The position numbers and the translations under genes are program-made. Shown in pieces: positions 1 to 11,715 of a stretch of DNA of 32,000 nt (position 1 is its first letter; each line of letters begins with the position of its first letter). The notes beneath the pieces were generated by a model that saw only the letters and a list, made by a program, of their open reading frames with translations, was not told where the DNA came from and ran no database searches. Origin of the DNA: Wallemia ichthyophaga EXF-994 (taxonomy: Eukaryota > Fungi > Basidiomycota); assembly GCF_000400465.1 (NCBI RefSeq), contig NW_008806275.1, forward strand, positions 309,656 to 341,655, written 5' to 3'.

Positions 1-40
1 GATTCAGACCAAAATATTCTCTATATATCGAGTCTTCCTG

Positions 41-380
41 CTATAAAGACGAAACACGGGTTTCGTCGCGTGGCGCCCACAGCTCTAAAATCGGCTCCCG
101 AGAGAAAGTAAGATCATTTACATTCATCACACATCTATTGAAAACGATCAACGCAGAGAAAAAGGGGAATCAGCTCAACTCTGAAATCGGGGGTCTGGCT
201 CGAACAGGTGCATTTCAGTATTTGAAATAATGGGCATGGAAGGGTGAACAGGACTGCTTTGAATCGTTGAAATCAGGATAATAGGAATGTGTCCATATAT
301 ACCAAATACTTACCTGGACACATGTCACAACTGTATGGATGAGCACACATCGCTACGAAATTCTAGGTACGGCAAAATAA
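41..380. repeat. Dispersed noncoding repeat, copy A
   Basis: Collinear shared blocks with 21514-21865: CTATAAA plus hairpin, AACTCTGAAATCG (177-189), TGCATTTC, AATCGTTGAA (262-271), GATAATAGGA (277-286), TGGATGA, GTAC..GCAAA. Boundaries are approximate. Confidence 0.8.
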
Positions 381-663
381 CTACCGAACTCTCCAAAACC
401 GCATTCAGTTAATATTCATACTAAAATCGCTCTTGTTTGCAGTACTTAATAAACAAGTAAACGAGAAAGCTCAAGTTCTACGCGAGAAAAGTTTAAAGTC
501 TCCTTCAAATGAGCCCTTCTCACACTCTGGACACCGGCTAGAGTTGGCAGTATTTGTAGGTCTGCTGGGGCTATTGCGGCTACCTGTCGTGACAGCGGTA
601 CACTCAAATTGATAGTGTTTTAATAATTATACATGTCATCGGTTTGGAATCGTTAGGCATCGC

Positions 664-1527
664 TCAAGCATCCTTTGTGCTGTATTTGAGGAATTGTGGC
701 CTTTTGAGGGAGTTTAAAATGGAAATGGCGTTACAGAGGATGATTTTGTCTAGGTTCATGATGCGGTATGGGTGCTCGTCGGGTATCGCTTGTCTGCATT
801 CGGGACTGTCGCACAACCTGAGCCCGTCAATTATTCCATACGCATCAGGGTCATTGCAGTCAACCTTAAAAGTGCTTCGGTCTTGTCGTGTTGCCCAGCA
901 AGTTTTAAAAACGCTATGGCAGATGTTGCACCTCGTCGCGGTCTTGTAGCCGTTTATTTCGACGAGTTCGTAGCCAATTTTGCTAATTGCGCGCGGTACG
1001 TTTACGTCCTGAGTAGCGTGATTAATTTGGTTTTGATGTGACGATAAAAGAAAAACACCCACCTTGGCCCACGGAGGTTTGGTCTGGGGGGCAGAAGCGC
1101 TGTCATCATCCCCCACCCAAGCGAACACGAGTCGCTTGCCCTGCATCTTTGCCCTAGGGAGGTACTTGTTATAGCAGAGCCTGAGGGCATCAGCGAGCGC
1201 TTGGCGGGATATGTAGAGATACTTTTTGTCCATCCTTTTACAATCCCTGTTGTAGGCTTGTAGCGTGTAGTCACTGTCGTACGGACGTTTGGACAGGGCA
1301 TAGCTGACGTCCTCGCGCAACTGCTGCTGCTCATCTGCATACCTCTTATCGCCCGACCTGTGGGCATACTCTTTGTAAGTGTAGTGGAAGTAGTCGTAGC
1401 TTGCACGTGGATCGCCGTCTTGAGGGAGCGCATAAAGCAGATCGGCAATACCGCTTTTGAGGGCCACGAAATACCTTTTGCTGCGTTGGTATGGAGTGAG
1501 ATCGTAGAATTGGGTGATAGGGGTCAT
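664..1527 (-). CDS. Fanzor1/TnpB-like RuvC + zinc-finger protein, predicted nuclease-dead and N-terminally truncated
   Basis: Motifs occur in Fanzor1 order: FVALKSGIADLLY (RuvC-I, canonical V.IDPG..DLLY), YFHYTYKEY..RSG.KRY, KYLYISRQ, VFAWVGD, KIGYELVEINGYKTATRCNIC (canonical GY.V..IDEY.TS..C..C), GLRLCDSPEC, IMNLDKIILCNAISI (canonical NRD.NAA.NI), KRPQFL (canonical RP..L). Consensus motifs are recalled from family knowledge, not from a database search. Confidence 0.8.
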   Translation of the reverse strand: MTPITQFYDLTPYQRSKRYFVALKSGIADLLYALPQDGDPRASYDYFHYTYKEYAHRSGDKRYADEQQQLREDVSYALSKRPYDSDYTLQAYNRDCKRMDKKYLYISRQALADALRLCYNKYLPRAKMQGKRLVFAWVGDDDSASAPQTKPPWAKVGVFLLSSHQNQINHATQDVNVPRAISKIGYELVEINGYKTATRCNICHSVFKTCWATRQDRSTFKVDCNDPDAYGIIDGLRLCDSPECRQAIPDEHPYRIMNLDKIILCNAISILNSLKRPQFLKYSTKDA

Positions 1528-1842
1528 AAGAGTGCATTTCTAACGATATTAGGCCTTTTTATGCTATTTTCATTACAATGCACCCGGGCAAGCATTGAGC
1601 GTTCGCCGACCGACCAATGAGATTCGAGGAGGGGCTGGATAGGGGCGGTTGGAGTGGGGCAGGTGTGATAGTTGTGCAGTGTGTTGCGCTGATGCTAAGT
1701 TTATTTCCCGCTGTGTTTGCTTCAAACTGCTTTTCTTCGGCGCCCCGAGTGATTCACCCATCGGATACGATAGCGCATCGCACAAAGACAAACAAGGTCA
1801 CACAAAATGACAAGCATTGTGGAATTGTATAACCGCACAATA

Positions 1843-2076
1843 AGAAATATCGTATCGATTACGTACAGCGCTTACGAAGTTTAGATTCCGCAAACGATCT
1901 TGGCCTTTTTCGGACGAGACGCAGCAGCGAGCCAAGTAGCCAGGGGAGCAAGCCAGCAATGGTCAGCTCAGCAGCAGCATCTCAGCGCTGCGTGCCAAAT
2001 CCACCTTCCGGAAAGAGCAAAATAGTATCATCAGCTGACTCGGGTAGTTCCCGGGGCTACGTGTCGAGTATTTTTT
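1843..2076 (+). ncRNA. Candidate structured ncRNA, possibly SRP RNA-like
   Basis: Several stems are possible: 1855-1865 with 2058-2067, 1866-1872 with 1984-1990, and 1899-1904 with 1931-1936. CAGG-GGA-GCAA-GCC-AGCA at 1941-1958 resembles SRP helix 8. A T6 run lies at 2071-2076. There is no convincing ORF. An internal T5 at 1906-1910 argues against Pol III read-through. Confidence 0.35.
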
Positions 2077-2250
2077 GATGCGCGCATTCCGCTGTTGCTC
2101 CATAGCGTTGAGGTTTGTGAAGAGCGAGTACAGCGCAGCACCCACGCTAACGCATCCACAGCTAGTTTATGTTCTCGAGAGGACTCGTATCGATACACAA
2201 CGCACACGCCGGTGACCACACAGAAGTAGGATCAATAATAAAGCTCTAAA

Positions 2251-3901
2251 ATGGAATTCAACGATCAAGATATAAAGAATCTTCCAATTCATCCCACAGC
2301 CGCCAGACTCGATGGCGGGTTTAAAGTCGACTCACCTCATGTCAGGTACGATGACGCGGGAATACACACGACATACACCCAGACCACATCCTCCGTCCAG
2401 CAGACTCCCCACGGTGTCCGCGTTACTCCACAATCCAAGGCCTGGAAGTTTGACACTTGCACAAAGCCAAAGAAGACCGGGTGAGTGATTTTTGTTGGTG
2501 TCTGCTGGATATCTGTGGTGACAGGCGCTAACACGCACTAGACTCATGATGGTTGGTATTGGCGGCAACAACGGCACGAGTCTCGTTGCAACCATCCTCG
2601 CAAACCGTCATAACATTTCTTGGCACACTAAGACAGGCGTCCAGTCTCCGAACTACATCGGCTCACTTACTATGGCATCTACTGTTCGTGTGGGTACCGA
2701 TGACAAAGGCAAGGACGTCAACCTCCCTTGGGGTGAAATTCTTCCTCTCGTACACCCAAATGACATTGTTTTGGGCGGGTGGGACATTTCAAGTGCTCCA
2801 CTCGATCAAGCTATGCGCAGAGCAAGTGTTCTCGACTGGGACCTCCAAAGACAGGTTGCGCCTTACATGAAAGATTTCAAGCCGTTGCCCTCTATCTACT
2901 ACCCAGAGTACATAGCTACAAACCAGTCTTCGCGCGCAGACAACGTAATTAACAAGGATGCATTCCCCAACAAGAAGGACCACCTTGAGAAGATCAGAAC
3001 GGACATACGCCAATTCAAGGCTGAGAACGATTTGGACACAGTTATTGTCTGTTGGACAGCCAACACTGAACGCTTCTCTAGCATTGTCAAGGGCAAGAAC
3101 GACACTGCAGACAATCTCCTCAAGAGTGTTGATGAGAATTATGAAGAGATCAGTCCATCGACCATCTTCGCACTGGCATCTATTCTCGAGGATGCACCAT
3201 TCATCAACGGAGCACCACAAAACACACTCATCCCATCAGTTGTAGAGTTTGCTGAGCGCAAAGGGGCCTTCCTTGGCGGCGATGACTTGAAGACAGGCCA
3301 AACTAAAGTCAAGTCAGTCCTTGCTGAGTATCTCGTCAACGCTGGTCTCAAGCCGCTTTCGATAGCCTCATACAACCACCTTGGCAACAACGACGGGCAT
3401 AATCTATCTGAAGATCCGCAATTCAAATCCAAGGAGATCTCCAAGAGGAGTGTGGTTGATGATATGGTGGATGCTAACGGTCTGCTCTACCAGCAAGGCG
3501 AGCATCCGGATCACATAGTAGTGATCAAGTATCTCCCCGCCGTCGGCGATGACAAGCGTGCGGTTGATGAGTACAACAGCGAGATCATGATGGGTGGTCG
3601 CAACGTAATCTCACTATTCAATGTGTGCGAGGATAGTTTGTTGGCTACGCCGCTCTTGCTCGACCTTGCTATCTGGACTGAGCTCTTCACGCGCGTCAAG
3701 GTGACACCACCTGGTAAAGACCAAGGACAGCGCATGCATTCCGTTCTCAGCCTCCTGTCATACATGCTCAAGGCCCCGCTGACTAAACCGGGCCACGACG
3801 TCGTTAACGCGCTAGGAAGACAGAGAGGCAGCCTCGAAGCCTTCGTGTTGGCTCTGGTGGGACTCAACTCTTTCAATCTCAACTTGGATGCTGTTGTCTA
3901 A
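2251..3901 (+). CDS. INO1: Myo-inositol-1-phosphate synthase (2 exons, 2251-2480 and 2542-3901)
   Basis: Motifs [56 protein letters not shown] and [17 protein letters not shown]...CTAAC...TAG intron at 2481-2541 keeps the frame. Confidence 0.97.
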
Positions 3902-4242
3902 CTGTACACGTTCCCATCTTGTAGCTAAAGCTGTTTCTGTTTCTAAAAAATTCAATTCACTTCGTGCGTCGATATCGAAAGGTGCGCGAGTGTGCATTAG
4001 AGCAAAGACAGGTGTCTCATATATACGACCGTATGTTAATGTGGTAGAAGCACATGCACGAGCATTATAAATGAATAAGACAGATTGTATAAATATATAT
4101 AAATACATGGGATACGGCTAGTGCTTGCGTGTTGCTTAGAGTAGAAGCAGGAGTGAAAAAGAGAGCCCGAATAAGAAATGAAATAACGTAACGAGTTGCT
4201 CGAGTAAGGCAGGAAATGGATGGATTCAGAGAGCCTGTGAGT

Positions 4243-4726
4243 CTAGCAGCCGTGCTCGCGGTCGCAAAAACCCCAAGTGATCGGCACGCGACCAAGACCC
4301 AGCTGACCACCGCAAATGCTGGAGAAGAGGGCAGGAGACATATCTAAGCTACCCCAGAGGCATTCCGGGCACTACTCGGCGTGTCAGCGTGAGTGGAGGT
4401 GGGGAATGAGTATGAGTACATACCTTGTCAACGACTCTAGCCACTTGAGTCTCACCATTGGTGATATTCGTAACCCAGACTTGACGGTTACATTCGGCTG
4501 TGTCGCCCATCTGGGGCGCGTTGAGGGCAACAACCATCATGCCGTCATTAAGCCACTCCCCGCACGAACCTGGACGACCTGTCTCAGTGGTGTACCAGGT
4601 GCCATCACCGAGGAAATTTCCACGGGTTTCCAATTGAGAGACTTGGTTGTCTGCTGGCTTGGTTATGGCGGCAGAGGACGCGTACGTAGCGAGCAATGTG
4701 ATTGTTGCGAGGAATAGCTTGTACAT
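4243..4726 (-). CDS. Secreted RlpA-like double-psi beta-barrel (loosenin/expansin-like) protein, 143 aa
   Basis: Signal peptide MYKLFLATITLLATYASS, then GDGTWY..GRPGSCG and VVALN. Splicing intron 4372-4423 gives VVDKCPECLWGSLDMSPALF, ending ITWGFCDREHGC*. Confidence 0.85.
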
Positions 4727-5163
4727 GTTGTTGCCTTGTTGAGACTGTAGAAAGTAGTTGAGTAAGTTGAGATTGTATGTAAATTAACTTTTTAGTACAA
4801 ATTTGAATTATTCGCGTCTTGAAGATTATAATCTTTGAATATGAAATTTTTATTCCCTTCAATTATTCCCTTATTCGGCAGCTGGTTTTGCCTTTAAAGG
4901 ATATTGGAAGAATATAGAATGGCATGGACTTCAATAATATTTGAATGCATATTATATCATGTACTTTGCTTTGTTTGCTTTGTGAAGATTGGAATGTTAA
5001 AGGCAATAAAGCTGTCATAACCATACCGAGCTAAAACATGCATAACACACGCACAACGCACGCACAACATTCCAATATTTTATTTTGGAATGTCCGCTGT
5101 CATACGCATATCTCACAATGACATATGCTCAGCCACAATGGGTTCCCTTGGACTCAATCAACG

Positions 5164-7544
5164 ATGGGAGATACGCAATTGAAGCTGAAAATTAATTTGA
5201 TTGGCCAGCAGTCAGTTGTGAGGAAATGCCTATTCAATTCAATACCCGAATATGATTATCTCAAGAGAGTTGTAAGTCTATTCACGGCATGTTGTTGAGA
5301 TCTGATAACGGCGATTAAGATTCGGAATCTATTCGAAATCGACAGCAATGTGGATATCGACATTTTCGACGTTAAATTGTCTGTTGTCGATAAAATTGGT
5401 TACCCCACTTTCAAAACGATCGACGAGTCTATCTGGAACTTAATCAAGAATGACCTCGTAAACCAGAAATCTGAAATGAAATGCAATCTCATTATACAAT
5501 ACTTGCACTACGCTACGATACCACAGCAGCAGGTGCAGCAGCAGCCACAACCACAACAACCACAACAACCACAGCCACCACCTGCTCAGCCTCAACAACA
5601 ACCACCACAACCACAACAGCCTCTCGACAGGAGAAACTCAAAGAAGCTCAAGAAGAATCAAAAAAACAGAGAAAGCAATCGTTTCTCCTTCCTAAATGTC
5701 TTAACTGCTGCAAAGGAGGCTCCGAGATCGGCATCAATTGATAATCTCAAGCAATACGACATCAATCACAATCCAGTTGAGCAAATTAGACAGTCTGAGA
5801 GTCTTATTCCGCCTTCTCAGCAGTTCCTCAGACCTCCTTCACCCTCACTTCCTCCGCAACCTCAACAAATCCCTTCACATCAATCTTTACCTCAATTAAA
5901 CTCTCAGTATTCAAACTCTTACCTCGGGCCTGATGTCAGCCAGCAACCGCTGACTCCTGCACCCCCTCTGCCCTCAAAATCTCCCTCCGCTCCCTGGTAC
6001 ACAAACCTTGACGCTCGTTTGGAAACAAAAAATGAACTCAAGTCTCTTATGGAGGGCTTTCTATCAAAACTCACCGGTACTATGAATTCTTTCGATCAAG
6101 ACGCTCACTTGGATGGTCTTGCCACCTTGGCAAAGTCTCAGACAGCTTTGGCTGTTCATGAAGCAGTTTGCGATGGCTGTGCTAATCGTATTCAAGGCGT
6201 AAGAATCAAGTGCACTACTTGCAGGGACTACGATTTGTGCGTTGGCTGTTTCTCCGTTGGCACACACGAACATGACACCTTCCATCGCATACGCGATCCT
6301 TCACAACCACTACCTGCTGTCCCAAAGGCAACTGATACAACAAAAACTCCTGTCCTCTCTTCAATACCAAGCCTGCACTCTTCAAACACAAAGCAAAACG
6401 TTCAGCACTCTGCTAGTTGTGACATGTGCAAGTCTAACATAGTAGGTACTCGTCATAAATGCACTATATGTCCTGATTACGTGAGTGCTCGTTAATCATG
6501 CGCATCATTCTCACACTCCCTCCCCAGGACGTCTGCGATAACTGCTTTGACCGTACACGCCTAGAGCATCCACTACACGAGTTTGCAGATCTCACAGATC
6601 CAAAGCTGATCAGAGTACCTGAGGAGTTGCAGACAGTACACCCAGGCGTTGTCTGCGATGGTTGTCAGAATGATGTTGTTGGATACAGGTTCAAGTGCAG
6701 CCACGCCGAATGTTTCGATCTCGATCTATGCGGTAACTGTGAATCCCATCCAATTGCGAAACACGACAAATCGCATATCATGCTGAAAATAAGACACCCA
6801 GTTATGCAACCTGAGGCTTTGAATCAAGCTTTTGCCGGTGGTATTAATCAAGAGTCGCTACCTTACGTCGATCAGCCACATCACACCAATGTCGAAAGGC
6901 AGAAGTCTGCAACAAATTTGACGACGATCAGTGAACGCTCCTTTGAAACTTCGAAACTTGATATGCACGGAACGCCTGAGTTTAATGTGCCTCCTTTGCA
7001 TGAAGCAATCAATCAAAATGACGTTACAAGCTACATAAAAGCTAATCACGACAATCCAAAGTCGAGGATAATCGAGAACTTTAACGGCGGTGAAGAGAAA
7101 GAGAAAGATTCAATTCTCAAGATGGCAGGTGGTACTCAGTTTAGTCATATCTTTGAATTCAATGGGTCGTCCAAGATATCAGCATCAAATCTATCGAGGC
7201 TGACACCACAAGCAATATTTGGAAACAGCCTAACGATATCCCAACCAAACCATCATCTTATAAGGGTTGATGGCTTCCGCGCACCTGAAGAAAGAGGAAT
7301 TCACTCAGAGACATGGTCATACATTGATAACATGATTGAAAAGACATTCAAGCTGGTGTTGTTTGTGGAAGATCTCATCAACGCGTCTGGAGATACATTG
7401 CCAAGCTCAGCGTTGATGATACCAGCAAAAGCCCAATCTTCGCAAGGAGCAAGTGAATTTAAGGATTATGAAACAGAATTTGGCACAGAATCTGCTAATG
7501 CTGCAGATGACTATGATTTTGAACTGGCTAAGAGGAATGCTTGA
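5164..7544 (+). CDS. NBR1-like selective-autophagy receptor: PB1-like N-terminus, Q/P-rich linker, three ZZ zinc fingers, degenerate FW/Ig-like domain
   Basis: Exons 5164-5271, 5320-6480 and 6528-7544 join in frame. N-terminus LKLKINLIGQQSVVRKCLF is PB1-like. ZZ fingers: CDGC..CTTC.DYDLC, CDMC..CTICPDYDVC, CDGC..CSHAECFDLDLC. GGTQFSHIF and PEERGIHSETW are FW-like. An alternative in-frame ATG lies at 5125. Confidence 0.75.
5524..5620 (+). repeat. CAA/CAG/CCA-rich low-complexity coding repeat (poly-Q/P)
   Basis: cagcagcaggtgcagcagcagccacaaccacaacaaccacaacaacc... encodes QQQVQQQPQPQQPQQPQPPP. Confidence 0.85.
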
Positions 7545-7824
7545 TTTTTATCTTTTGGATCTTCATCTCGACAATACCGCGACTCTCATTCACATCTTAG
7601 AATAGTTTAGGTATTTTAATAGTGACAACCACCCTCGTTTTTTTTTGTTTCTTTTTAATTTTCTCTTTCAATCTTTGTCGAATCCACGCAATAATACATA
7701 TATTTATCAATTACGCTATCTCGATCACCTGTGTGGTATCTCTCCCGCCAATCGCTTCTTGGACAGCGACGATCATCCACGCGTCCACTTGAAGCATCTT
7801 ACAGGCTTAATTTTGTTATCAACC

Positions 7825-10109
<2,285 letters not shown>

Positions 10110-10263
10110 AGAGTATTAGATATGAATATTGTTGTTGACGTAAGCATTGAGTTGATAGCGTGGTGAAGGTGTGTTTGTGTGCGTGGTAGTGATGGATTCT
10201 ACAGAGTAAAACTTTGTTTTGCACCGATAAGCCGACTCGAACATATTTTCAAGTGCTGACATC

Positions 10264-11345
10264 ATGAGCGATTTCCAAGTGCAAGTAGATCCAAAAAACA
10301 AAGTACGTCGATCATCTAACCTACGCAAACCTAATAGAAATTCAGATACTCAACGAGGATGGAGAGCCAGTCGTCGAAATACGAGAAGATGTCGCAGAGC
10401 CCAAGAAGAAGATAAAGACAGGGGTGACAGAGCCACTGGATTACGATAGAGACGATGAGAAAGTCAGCAGGCAGCGTATAGAGCGGCTGAAGGGAGTTTT
10501 GGGTGATGATTTTCAGGTGAATTCAGAACCGGAGAAGACGAGTAGAAAGAGCGTACGCTTCAATGAGTCTGTAGAATTAAATGAGGGGGATTCTGAAGCA
10601 CGCGAGAAGCCATCCAACAAGACAAGCGCATATAAAGGCGCTGTTGGTGATAATGTGATTGAGAGAGAAGCCCAGCCACAGCCACAGCCACAGCCATCTA
10701 GGCGGAGTAAAGAGCCAGACGAAGAAACCTCAACGAGTGACGAAGACTTGGATTTCTACGAGGATGACGATGACGCGCTTGATATCGAAGCAGATCTCAT
10801 CCATCAGCAGCTAGCGGTGGCTTATCACAGTAAGCGAAATAGTATGATGGATTATAGTAGCGATGCTTGGAACCAGGAAGTGGGTTTGTGTGGATAGCGG
10901 CTATCACTCAGCTCACACCTCCCAGGTTGTCCCCGATAACGCCAATTTGGTTGGAAATGCACCGCCAAAATCAAGATTTGAGCCATATTCAAGGCGATCT
11001 TACAGCGATAAGATGATAAATGAGCAAGGCGATGAGGAGCAGGTGTCGATAATGATACCAAGGCTCATTCCAGGCATGAAGATGGGCAAGTATCAGCATG
11101 ATCAAGGTGTGATTACAGCAGACGAGCCAGATGACTGGGATGAGCATACAGAGGAGGCTAAGCAGATGCTTGAGCAGTTGAGAATGGGCAATAGAGAAGA
11201 ATTGCCGCAGATCGTCAAGCCTGAGTCGAGGGAGCGTGCGCAGGTGGAGAATAGACCACCGGTAGTTGAAACCACAGCAGAGAAGTCAGAGAATTCACAG
11301 CCAAAGATATCACGCTTCAAAGCAGCTAGAATGCAGAAAATGTAA
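10264..11345 (+). CDS. URI1/Bud27-like protein (introns 10303-10345 and 10880-10925)
   Basis: Spliced ILNEDGEPVVEIRE resembles the URI/Bud27 NEEGLP..EI.E motif. It has an acidic middle, an IA..Y...R-like LAVAYHSKR segment, and C-terminal ISRFKAARM. Confidence 0.65.
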
Positions 11346-11715
11346 AATGAAATGTAATTTCATATCTAAACGCGATACATTCCCCTTCCCCTTGTCCACC
11401 AGCAGCCATCAGTTGCCTCACTAAAGTCACAAACTCCGAATATAAATATTAATGTCTGGTGGGTGATATTTTACGCGTGATAAACCCTAGCCAACCAGTA
11501 CTAGCTGTTTATTCAGGTAATTGGCCGCTATCAAGTACGCGTCCATCTAACGCGTAGCAGTCTACACGAATCGTACGCACCAGGCAGCTCCAAAGCATTT
11601 ACCAACGATATCAATAACCCCACATGGCCATCCTCACCGCGTTTTATACAACTTTGTTCACACTCAGCTTGTTAGTTGACGCGGGGTAATTGTTTGGAAA
11701 TCACTAACGCGCCAG

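Noticed and set aside
306-317. ATACTTACCTGG, identical to the U1 snRNA 5' end and the reverse complement of a perfect splice donor (CCAG|GTAAGTAT)
   Set aside because: No U1-70K loop, U1A loop or Sm site follows. The motif is not kept in repeat copy B, and no minus-strand coding exons could be built around it.
659-671. 13-nt match ATCGCTCAAGCAT between the Fanzor stop region and 21162-21174
   Set aside because: Some 13-mer matches are expected by chance in 32 kb, and the flanks do not align. It should be revisited only if the repeat family proves to extend further.
1688-2060. RNase MRP-like reading (GCTGATG/CATCAGC as P2, GCCCCG/CGGGGC as P4)
   Set aside because: No canonical AAAG before the P4 strand, no GARAR loop in position, and no workable P1 helix.
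1963-2145. Small minus-strand ORFs between the Fanzor-like gene and INO1 (also 1573-1791)
   Set aside because: No recognisable domain, no clean splice model joining them to the Fanzor frame, and little room for a promoter before the INO1 ATG.
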